A DNA stretch of 64,000 nt from Lachnospiraceae bacterium (lineage in GTDB: Bacteria; Bacillota; Clostridia; Lachnospirales; Lachnospiraceae), in contig JAGBBW010000061.1 in the NCBI GenBank assembly GCA_017938285.1, positions 7,627-71,626 of the forward strand. The letters are read 5' to 3'. The number at the start of each line of letters is the position of its first letter. Within the stretch, counting starts at the first letter, position 1. The notes under the pieces were generated by a model that was not told the DNA's origin, made no database searches, and saw only the letters and a program-made list of their open reading frames with translations. Positions 48,964 to 57,500 of this stretch are shown piece by piece. A program made the position numbers and the translations under genes.

Positions 48964-49521
48964 ATGGAAAAGCATATTACATTACCTTTAACAGAAGAGC
49001 TGGCAAAGACTCTCAAGGCTGGTGATTCCGTTTATGTAACAGGTACAATTTATACATCCCGTGACGCAGGTCACAAGCGTATGTGCGAAGCACTGGCAAG
49101 AGGCGAGGAGCTTCCATTTGACCCGACTGACGCTACTATCTACTATGTAGGACCAACTCCTGCAAAGCCAGGACAGGTTATCGGTTCCGCAGGCCCTACA
49201 ACAAGCGGACGTATGGACGCATATGCACCAACCATGATGAGCGTTGGCGCAAGAGGTATGATTGGTAAGGGAGCACGTCTTCCAGAAGTTATTGATGCCA
49301 TGAAGAAGTATTCCGGTGTGTACTTTGGTGCCATTGGTGGTGCAGGTGCATTACTTGCCAAGTGTATTAAGAGTGCGGAACTCATCGCATACGAAGATTT
49401 AGGTGCAGAAGCACTGCGTAAATTATATGTGGAAGATATGCCGCTGGTTGTTATTATTGACAGCGAAGGCAATAATCTTTATGAAGAAGGAAAGGCAGCT
49501 TATCTCGCTTCCAGAAAGTAA
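48964..49521 (+). CDS. Class I (Fe-S) fumarate/tartrate hydro-lyase, beta subunit
   Basis: 185 aa. GTIYTSRDAGHKRM, GPTTSGRMD, IGKG. Confidence 0.85.
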   Translation: MEKHITLPLTEELAKTLKAGDSVYVTGTIYTSRDAGHKRMCEALARGEELPFDPTDATIYYVGPTPAKPGQVIGSAGPTTSGRMDAYAPTMMSVGARGMIGKGARLPEVIDAMKKYSGVYFGAIGGAGALLAKCIKSAELIAYEDLGAEALRKLYVEDMPLVVIIDSEGNNLYEEGKAAYLASRK

Positions 49522-49550
49522 GGATGAGACAGCGGTTTACTGCCTGTAAA

Positions 49551-49606
49551 CAGATACTGCAAAAGGAGCCGGTTCGTGATGAAACCGGCTCCTTTTGCAG
49601 TATCTG
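49551..49606. terminator. Perfect 24-bp inverted repeat (8-nt loop) after the fumarase genes
   Basis: CAGATACTGCAAAAGGAGCCGGTT-cgtgatga-AACCGGCTCCTTTTGCAGTATCTG. No clear T-tract follows. Confidence 0.55.
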
Positions 49607-49645
49607 TTCACGCATACCTTTGCATGGAAAATGTTCATTTTCTGG

Positions 49646-49674
49646 TTGACAAAGGAAACGGAATAAAATATAAT
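49646..49674 (+). promoter_or_regulatory. Consensus sigma-A promoter driving the riboswitch leader
   Basis: TTGACA at 49646-49651, 17 nt spacer, TATAAT at 49669-49674. Confidence 0.6.
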
Positions 49675-49686
49675 TTACTCATATAT

Positions 49687-49760
49687 GTAAGGGCAAAACA
49701 GCTGAAAAACTGTGACGCAAAGCTATAGGGCCTGTAAAAGGGCAGCCAGTTACCGTAAGG
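49687..49760 (+). promoter_or_regulatory. c-di-GMP-I (GEMM-I) riboswitch aptamer
   Basis: GGGCAAAAC-AGCU-GAAAA-ACUGU-GACGCAAAGCU...GGGCC...GGCAGCCAGUUACCG parallels the Vc2-type consensus GGCAAAcc..GAAA..GGGACGCAAAGCC...GGUUACCG. Confidence 0.75.
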
Positions 49761-49762
49761 AA

Positions 49763-49797
49763 GCATTGTCTTGGATTATATGACAATGCCTTTTTTC
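49763..49797 (+). terminator. Riboswitch expression-platform terminator
   Basis: GCATTGTC-11 nt-GACAATGC, followed by CTTTTTTC. Confidence 0.6.
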
Positions 49798-50186
49798 TTT
49801 TACAGCGTTTTGCTCCATTAATAATTCAGGAGCATTGGCAGAAGATGACGCAGGGGTTAGTTTATACAAAGAAGGATGATAAGAAGACAGGTTTGTCAGC
49901 AGGGTCCGGTTCAGCCGGATAATATCTGCTGGATTTTTTTGACTTTATTGAGTTAATATGAGAATACAGAGATGGATGAAAACATCAGTATCAGATGTTT
50001 ATAAAATGATACAATTTGAAATGGAAGAGGTGGAACAGGGAAAAGCGCAGAAAAAGTTATCAGGAAAGCAAAGGAAAGACAGAAAAGAGAGAAGTAAAAA
50101 GAATGTAGGCAGAATGATGTAAGACAGGAAACGCAAAGAGGTAACTGGAATATGGTTGCCAGACAACAAAGAACAGGAGTGTAGCG

Positions 50187-51902
50187 ATGGAAAAAAGAAA
50201 CTTGAAAGAAAAAATCAAAAACTGGCCAATTAAGAAGAAATTTTTGTTTTCCTTTGGAACGATTATTGCATCCACGTTCCTTTTAATTGTAGTTCTGCTG
50301 ATCGGTTTAAAAACAGTGGAATCTAATGTGGAGGGGCTTTTTGACGGACCAACCACCAGCACTTTCTATATCGGGGATATCCGTTTTGGTCTGGTAGCCA
50401 ACCAGAGGGCGATTAATCGTGTGATTGCGGTTGGTGACAGTGTGCTGGCAGAAGAAGAAACCAGGATGGAAGAGAATATCAAATTAGTGCAGGAGGCGTA
50501 TGATGTCCTGACAGGAACGCTGATTTCCAAGGATAACAAAGTAATACTGGAAGAAATTAAGGTATTGCTGGATACAGAGGAAACATACCGTGCAGAACTG
50601 CTCCGGCTGTTGAAAACAGGGGATATGGCAGGAGCCAATGACTATGATGAAGAGTATTACACTCCTCTCGTAGATGAAATCAGAACAAAAGCAGACAATC
50701 TGGACCAGAGTATTTATGCGGTAGGTGAAGATTACAAGAACAGTTCGGCGACTACAGCGTATGTAATGATTGCAGTAGGCGTGATTCTGCTTATTCTGAT
50801 TACATCCATTGCGGTTGGCTTAACCAGAATCATGACAAAGAGCATTGCAGAGCCGGTAGCCCAGATTGAAGCAGCGGCAAAGCAGTTAAGAGTAGGTGAT
50901 TTGTCCCATGGTAATGCCATTACATACGAATCCGAGGATGAACTTGGTGTACTTGCTAAGAATATGAAGGAATCCATTAATATTCTAGATGGTTACGTTA
51001 AGGATATCTGTATGAATTTTGAAAAAGTTGCCAAAGGTGATTTGAGTCAGGATTTTGATTTGATTATTGACTATCTTGGTGATTTTGCAAGTATTAAATC
51101 TTCCTTTGTGGTTATTCTGAAGGAATTTAATGAAACACTGCGTCAGATGAAAGAAACTTCTGCCCAGGTAGACCACGGTTCGGAAGAAGTAGCCGGTGCA
51201 GCAAATGATCTGGCAACCGGAACCAGTGAGCAGGCAAGTGCTGTGGAGGAGCTTACGGCGACAATTGCAACTGTAAGCAGTATGGCGGATGAAGCAGCAA
51301 AACAGGCGGAAGTTGCTTATGGCAACATGATGGAAGCAGTAACAGAGGCCCAGGAAGAAAAGGCACAGATGCAGGAATTACAGGCAGAGATGATTCGCAT
51401 TAAGGAAATTTCCAGCGAAATTGAAGCAATCGTTACTTCGATTGAAGAAATAGCGGACCAGACCAGTCTGCTTTCCTTAAATGCTTCCATTGAGGCAGCA
51501 AGAGCCGGTGATGCAGGCCGAGGTTTTGCTGTGGTAGCGGATCAGATTGGCAAGCTGGCAACAGACAGTGCCCGTGCGGTTGTAGATACCAAGGAACTGA
51601 TTAGTAAGACCGTAGAAGAAATTGACAAGGGCAACAAGGTAACAGAGAAGACGGCAGCAGGTTTTGAGCGCATTATCAGGGAACTGGAAAACTTTGCGGA
51701 ATCTGCAAAGGCAAACAGCGAAGTGTCCAGAACCCAGTCCATGGCATTACAGCAGGTGGAAGAGGGCGTAGACCAGATTACCCTTGTAACCCAGCAGAAT
51801 GCTGCATCCTCCGAAGAATGTTCTGCCATCAGTGAAGAACTGGCAGCAAGAGCAACGGAGATGGACAGCCTGGTGGGCAGATTTACACTGTATGAGAAGT
51901 AG
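50187..51902 (+). CDS. Methyl-accepting chemotaxis protein
   Basis: 571 aa. TM segment, sensor domain, TM segment, HAMP, then a signalling domain with [33 protein letters not shown]. Confidence 0.9.
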   Translation: MEKRNLKEKIKNWPIKKKFLFSFGTIIASTFLLIVVLLIGLKTVESNVEGLFDGPTTSTFYIGDIRFGLVANQRAINRVIAVGDSVLAEEETRMEENIKLVQEAYDVLTGTLISKDNKVILEEIKVLLDTEETYRAELLRLLKTGDMAGANDYDEEYYTPLVDEIRTKADNLDQSIYAVGEDYKNSSATTAYVMIAVGVILLILITSIAVGLTRIMTKSIAEPVAQIEAAAKQLRVGDLSHGNAITYESEDELGVLAKNMKESINILDGYVKDICMNFEKVAKGDLSQDFDLIIDYLGDFASIKSSFVVILKEFNETLRQMKETSAQVDHGSEEVAGAANDLATGTSEQASAVEELTATIATVSSMADEAAKQAEVAYGNMMEAVTEAQEEKAQMQELQAEMIRIKEISSEIEAIVTSIEEIADQTSLLSLNASIEAARAGDAGRGFAVVADQIGKLATDSARAVVDTKELISKTVEEIDKGNKVTEKTAAGFERIIRELENFAESAKANSEVSRTQSMALQQVEEGVDQITLVTQQNAASSEECSAISEELAARATEMDSLVGRFTLYEK

Positions 51903-51921
51903 AAAATATTGTTAGAGTGAC

Positions 51922-51950
51922 TTGACAAATTCCTTTTCACGGCATAAAAT
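51922..51950 (+). promoter_or_regulatory. Sigma-A promoter for the proS leader
   Basis: TTGACA at 51922-51927, 17 nt spacer, TAAAAT at 51945-51950. Confidence 0.55.
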
Positions 51951-51956
51951 AAGTAA

Positions 51957-52200
51957 ACATAAATAACGTGACGTTGAAAAGGAATAGTACAAAATCCGGC
52001 GTGTCCAGAGAAGAAGCGGTTGGTGAAAGCTTCCCACAAACGGTTTTGGAACCTGCCTTGGAGTCCTGCATGAAAGTGCAGCGTAGGTCTGCGATAAAGA
52101 CAAACGAGAGAATGAACCAGCAATGGTTTATTAATTAGGGTGGTACCGCCGAATGTTCGGTCCCTTTTGCAGCAGAAAAGCATGCAAAAGGGACCTTTTT
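51957..52200 (+). promoter_or_regulatory. T-box leader (probably proline-specific) with terminator
   Basis: AGAGA and GGTGAAAG stem I elements. A candidate CCU specifier in aaCCUGcc. T-box sequence AATTAGGGTGGTACCGCC at 52133-52150. Terminator GGTCCCTTTTGC...GCAAAAGGGACC followed by TTTTT. Confidence 0.8.
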
Positions 52201-52263
52201 GCGCGATAAAAACGCGACCAAAAAAGCGTCAGCTTTTGAGGTGCTTATCGCAAAATGAAAAAC

Positions 52264-52374
52264 AAGGAGGAAAATCCTCTGCCCGCATAAGGGTGGGCAT
52301 TTTTCTCCGAAAAACAAGGAGGAAAATCCTCTGCCCGCATGAGGGCGGGCATTTTTCTCCGAAAAACAAGGAGG
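52264..52374 (+). repeat. Two tandem 52-bp units plus a third SD-box: (AAGGAGG-AAAATCCTCT-GCCCGC-N6-G(C/T)GGGC-ATTTTTCTCCGAAAAAC), ending at the proS RBS
   Basis: AAGGAGG occurs at 52264, 52316 and 52368, giving a 52-bp period. The hairpin is preserved in unit 1 through a G-U pair. The core matches 1271-1342. Confidence 0.7.
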
Positions 52375-52380
52375 ATTAGT

Positions 52381-53814
52381 ATGGCGAAAGAAAAGAAACA
52401 GGTAGAGGCAATCACTTCTATGGACGTGGATTTTGCACAGTGGTATACCGACATTGTGAAGAAAGCCGAATTAGTAGAGTATTCCGGTATTAAAGGTTGT
52501 ATGATTATCCGTCCGACCGGATATGCCATCTGGGAGTTAATCCAGAAGGAATTAGACGCCCGTTTTAAAGCAACCGGCGTAGAAAATGTTTACATGCCGA
52601 TGTTTATTCCGGAAAGTCTGTTAAATAAGGAAAAGGATCATGTGGAAGGCTTCGCACCGGAAGTTGCCTGGGTAACCCATGGTGGCGGCGAAAAGCTCCA
52701 GGAAAGAATGTGTGTCAGACCGACTTCTGAGACTCTGTTCTGTGATTTCTATTCCAGAATTATCGAGTCCCACAGAGATTTACCAAAGGTATATAACCAG
52801 TGGTGTTCCGTAGTCCGCTGGGAAAAGACAACCAGACCATTCCTTCGTTCCATGGAATTTTTATGGCAGGAAGGCCACACTGCCCATGCAACCGCAGAGG
52901 AAGCAGAAGAGAGAACTATCCAGATGTTAAATCTGTACGCAGATTTCTGTGAAGATACCCTTGCCATTCCGATGGTTCGTGGTCAGAAGACGGAGAAGGA
53001 AAAGTTTGCCGGAGCAAAGGATACCTACACCATCGAAGCTCTCATGCATGATGGTAAGGCGCTGCAGTCCGGTACCAGCCACAATTTTGGTGATGGTTTT
53101 GCAAAGGCATTTGACATCCAGTATACCGATAAGGAAAACAAGTTACAGTATGTACACCAGACTTCCTGGGGCATGACCACCCGTCTGATTGGTGCAGTTA
53201 TCATGGTACACGGTGACAATAATGGTCTCGTTCTGCCACCGGCCATCGCTCCAACCCAGGTAGTGATTATCCCAATCCGCCAGCAGGCAGAGGGCGTGTT
53301 AGAAACTGCTGACAAGATTCGTGAGAAGCTTGGTGGCTGCCGTGTGAAGGTAGATGATTCCGACAAGAGTCCGGGCTGGAAGTTTGCAGAGCATGAAATG
53401 CGTGGTGTTCCGGTTCGTATCGAAATCGGACCAAAGGATATCGAAGCAGGCCAGGCGATGGTGGCAAGACGTGACACCGGAGAAAAGGTTGCCATTGCCA
53501 TTGACGCACTGGAAACAGAGATTCCAAAGTTACTGGAAAGAATTCAGAAGGAAATGTTAGAGCGTGCCAGAGTACATCGTGATGAGCATACCTATGATGC
53601 CCACAACGCAGAAGAAATGGCGGATATTGCTGCTAACAAGCCGGGCTTCATCCGTGCAATGTGGTGCGGCGACCGTGCCTGTGAGGACAGCTTAAAAGAA
53701 ACAGCAGGCGTGACCTCCCGTTGTATGCCATTTGCGCAGGAAACAATTGCAGATACCTGTGTATGCTGTGGCACGCCGGCAAAGAAGCTGGTTTACTGGG
53801 GCAAGGCATATTAA
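52381..53814 (+). CDS. proS: Proline--tRNA ligase (short, archaeal/eukaryote-like type)
   Basis: 477 aa from [26 protein letters not shown]. Class II motifs, and a C-terminal zinc-type CVCCG...YWGKAY. An in-frame upstream ATG at 52339 lies inside the repeat hairpin, so I rejected it. Confidence 0.92.
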   Translation: MAKEKKQVEAITSMDVDFAQWYTDIVKKAELVEYSGIKGCMIIRPTGYAIWELIQKELDARFKATGVENVYMPMFIPESLLNKEKDHVEGFAPEVAWVTHGGGEKLQERMCVRPTSETLFCDFYSRIIESHRDLPKVYNQWCSVVRWEKTTRPFLRSMEFLWQEGHTAHATAEEAEERTIQMLNLYADFCEDTLAIPMVRGQKTEKEKFAGAKDTYTIEALMHDGKALQSGTSHNFGDGFAKAFDIQYTDKENKLQYVHQTSWGMTTRLIGAVIMVHGDNNGLVLPPAIAPTQVVIIPIRQQAEGVLETADKIREKLGGCRVKVDDSDKSPGWKFAEHEMRGVPVRIEIGPKDIEAGQAMVARRDTGEKVAIAIDALETEIPKLLERIQKEMLERARVHRDEHTYDAHNAEEMADIAANKPGFIRAMWCGDRACEDSLKETAGVTSRCMPFAQETIADTCVCCGTPAKKLVYWGKAY

Positions 53815-53850
53815 TAACCCAGTTAAATAACAAATAGGAAGAAACAGAAA

Positions 53851-53902
53851 AGAAACTTATCTCTGATTTTTTAAGGAAACAGAGACAGGTTTCTTTTTTT
53901 TG
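53851..53902 (+). terminator. Intrinsic terminator after proS
   Basis: AGAAACTTATCTCTG...CAGAGACAGGTTTCT followed by a T8 run. Confidence 0.6.
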
Positions 53903-53988
53903 AAATAAAATTTAAAAAACCAGGGGTTTATACCAAAAAGTATGGATATACAGGGTGTAAAAGAATTTATTTCAGGAGGAATGAGAGT

Positions 53989-54429
53989 ATGGAAAATGCA
54001 GTTTTAAATCAGATTAAATATTTGTTTGAGGAAAAAGGAATCCGTTATTACAGCGATGACAGTGAGAGAATCGGAGCAAAGTTTTCTGATTTTGTTTTAA
54101 TGTTTCATGTAACAGAAGAAGCCCTTTCTTTTAAAATGTATTTGGAAGAAAAGGCTTCTGCACAGTGCAGACCGGATGTGCTGGAATATTTGAACTACGC
54201 AAACCAGATCATGAAGGAAGGACATTTCATACTGGATAACGAAGGGGACATATACTTTATTATTTACACGGAGCGTTCGACAGACAGTTACATATCGGAT
54301 GGCCGTATCATGGACATACTGACAAAAGGTTACTCTGCGAATGAGATGTTTCATGAGGAACTGAAAACGGTAATTGCCGGAACAGCGACTCCGCTGGATG
54401 CGATTCGGAATACGATTAGTAACAGGTAA
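53989..54429 (+). CDS. Small cytoplasmic protein, possibly YbjN/T3SS-chaperone-like fold
   Basis: 146 aa, RBS CAGGAGGAA. The alpha/beta pattern and length resemble the YbjN family, but this is a weak judgement from memory. Confidence 0.35.
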   Translation: MENAVLNQIKYLFEEKGIRYYSDDSERIGAKFSDFVLMFHVTEEALSFKMYLEEKASAQCRPDVLEYLNYANQIMKEGHFILDNEGDIYFIIYTERSTDSYISDGRIMDILTKGYSANEMFHEELKTVIAGTATPLDAIRNTISNR

Positions 54430-54504
54430 AGGGAAAGAGGTCCAGGGATTGAATAACATCGAAAAAGAGAATATAATAGAAAAGGCAGGAAACTGGTGAA
54501 GCAA

Positions 54505-54533
54505 TTGAAAATTTGCAGAAAAAGCAATATAAT
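54505..54533 (+). promoter_or_regulatory. Sigma-A promoter upstream of the multi-ATPase operon
   Basis: TTGAAA at 54505-54510, 17 nt spacer, TATAAT at 54528-54533. Confidence 0.45.
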
Positions 54534-54587
54534 AGATGGTGAAATCGTTACGAATTATCGGTAATTTGCAAAAGGAGAAGAGGAAAA

Positions 54588-57500
54588 ATGCTGGATAGTA
54601 CGGTAAAGAATATGCTGTTTTTGTATGTAGACCACCTGGTTTGTCTTAGTATGGAAAACGGGGATAGAATAGAGGGAGAACTGCTGGCAGTGGAGGAGGA
54701 TGCGGTTGCCCTTTTGAAGGAAGGGGAAGTAAAACGGTATTCTTTTGCTGAGCTGACAGACGTGCGTTATGTGGGAAATCTGACAGATTACCGGACATTT
54801 GCTGGTACTGGAGAAATTGACAATACGTTCGTTTTTGATATATCTGCATGCAGTGATGAAACTATCATTGAGAAAATTAAATATCAGGAATATAACTGTA
54901 CCATGAGCTGCCATCTTGTCTTTGATATGCAGATTAAAGCTGCGGATATAAGGGTGGAGCGTTTTTACCATGTCAGGAATATGGATATCCTTGGTAAGTC
55001 AAACTATCTGTATACCTTTACAAACGGAACCTGTCTGTCTGGTATGCTGATGGAGTCTGGTGAAACCTATTCCCTTGTCTGTAATAATCGTACTATCATG
55101 GAATTTGACTGGAAAGAAGTGGAAGACATTACACGCCAGCCGGTAATTAATGATGAGATTACCGTTTATATGAAAACAGGAGAAGTATACAGTGGTATAG
55201 TTTGTGCCGCACAGCAGGAATTCTGCAATATTATGCTGGGCAGAACGCAGCTGCAGAAGATTCGTTATGCAGAAATGAAACGGCTCTTTTTTCATGGAGA
55301 GGTTACGGAATGCATGCCGGGAAAGCATGGTGTAGTAGACAATATCTATCGGTGTAAATATCCGCATTATCTTCAGAGTATGGAGCAGGCAAAGCTGTTT
55401 CAGTATGGTGCAAAGGTAATGTATATGGTAGGCATTAATCAGCGGGCGCAGGTGGCCAAGGAAGTAGAAGTTCTGATTTCTGAAACAGAGAAAGCGGAAG
55501 CAGAACATAAAATCGGAATTATTCTGACGATTGGTCCGATTACACAAACCGGAAGCTCCCAGAAGTGGTTTGGATACATCGGAAATAAATATGTCATGCA
55601 GTCCTGTGGAGAACCGGTGAGGGGGGATCTTGTATTTTATCCTGATGCGCAGCTTTTTACAAGATCACTGAATCTGCAGGAAAATATTTATGTGGTGAGG
55701 TATACCCCGACCGGACAGCTGAATGAACGGGGGCAGCAGCCGGTGACCATACTGGAGATGGTAGAAGCTATTCCCAAAAAATATATTGGTATGGTTGAAA
55801 TTGTGGATGGTGTCATTGTCAAAACACCGTTGTATCAGGCAGTGATTGGGGGCAGTCTCACGGGTTCTGTGTATAAAAATAAAGAAGTGGAAATTATCTG
55901 CAAGGATGGAAGTACCTGCACCGGAATCGTAGCAGAGCATAATGAGAAAGGCTTTACGCTGCATAATGGAGAACTAATCGATTATACCAGAATTGAAAAT
56001 GTCAGAATTTTTGACAGGGTTTCTTCGTATGGTGATAATGGGGTTGGTTTTACTGTTTCAGGCTTACGTTTTCATGTGAATGACAGCGCACTGGATATGG
56101 AGTCGGTGGAGATGTTAGCTGCCAACGTGAGAATATCTTATGTACTGGCGAATAATCTGTCAGGCAATGACCGGAAAGTTTTATGGAAATTTTTCAATAT
56201 TGTAGAGATGAAAGTATGGAAGGATTCTGTTCAGAAACCTGTGGAGCAGCCGGAAGGGGATTCTGAGCAGAAGATAAAGGAACTGCCGGAGAAATCTCCG
56301 GTTCAGGAAATTGCAGTGCTGTCGGAAAAGGATAATGGAATGTTATTAAAACAGCGGTTCGGCGAAATCCCAGGTGGTATAGAGGGAGGATACGGTATTC
56401 TGCATAAGGATTTTCGTAATCCGAAGGTTGTTTATGTCAACAGCACTTACCGTAATCCAAGGCTGACCACGGAAAAATGTGGAAAAGGACTGCCTTTTAA
56501 TGCCGCAGAAGTAAAGATACATGCCGAGGAACTGTTTGTACCGGGAGATTTTTACATTGTAAGGTATAAGGAGGTTTCCGGGGAAGCATATCGTTATGAA
56601 ATAGAATTTGTTGGTAAAATTAGAAAGTTGCCTTCCCTGATGGCGATTGATATTGAAGACAGTAACAGACTGTTTATCAGAATACAGGAGGGAGTTTCTG
56701 CAATTCCACAGAAGCCGGTAGTATATCAGAACAGCGTGCCGGAAGTAACAGATGGAGAAACGGTATTTTATGAATATGAGCGGATTTTAGGTAATGCAGA
56801 AGCAAATTATTATGGTCTTACCATGGAAGCAGTGATTCATGCGGCAGAAAAGGCGGGACTCTCCATAACAGACCAGGATATTGCTGTATGGCGGTTTGGT
56901 GTTTTGGAAAACAAAGATTATGCCATGACCATAGGCATATTGAACAGGGGAGTAGAGTTTGAACTTTCCCTTGTGGAACAGAAAGCCTTTAATATTCTAA
57001 AGACAGCAAAGCGTAAAATGATGGTGGCGTTTACCTGCAAAAACGGAAAAATTGCGAAGGTGAAGCTGGTACCGGACGAAGTATTGAAACTGCTGTGCTG
57101 GCAGAAAGGAACCGTAACTTCCTGTGGTGCTAATGACAAACACATCATAATTGACAAAAAAATTGTTCATTACTTATCTGTGCGGAGTGATGGACTGGTT
57201 AATAATTATGCAAAAAACGGACGGCTGGAAAAAGAAGAGGTTTATGTAAAGGTAGTACATTATGCGGAGTGGGGAGAAAAGAAACGACTGGTTTCTGCTG
57301 CCGCAGAAATACATCTGCAGGTTGAAATGGCAGATATTTTATATAATACAACACAGAACCGGTATATGGCATATAGAAACCAGACCCAGTTTGTTGCCCT
57401 GGAGGATGTGAGTTCGGAGAACCTTGCAGCATTAAAAAATACTTCGGTAGGTGTGCGTTTTGTACCAGAACCGGGAAGTAACCAGCTGAAAGCGTATCTT

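Noticed and set aside
49958-50122. 54-codon ORF in the riboswitch-MCP gap.
   Set aside because: It has no convincing RBS, a lysine/arginine-rich low-complexity C-terminus, and no recognisable family. It is mentioned only as something to test, not called as a gene.
52264-52374. Possible CRISPR-like array, because the repeat units are regularly spaced at 52 bp.
   Set aside because: There are only two full units. The whole unit is repeated, so there are no unique spacers. No cas genes are present, and the array ends in the proS RBS.
52339-52380. In-frame upstream ATG that would add [14 protein letters not shown] to ProRS.
   Set aside because: The ATG sits in the loop of the repeated hairpin element and has no properly spaced SD. 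The ATG at 52381 follows AAGGAGG and begins the conserved ProRS N-terminus. The peptide reading is kept as an alternative hypothesis in the findings.
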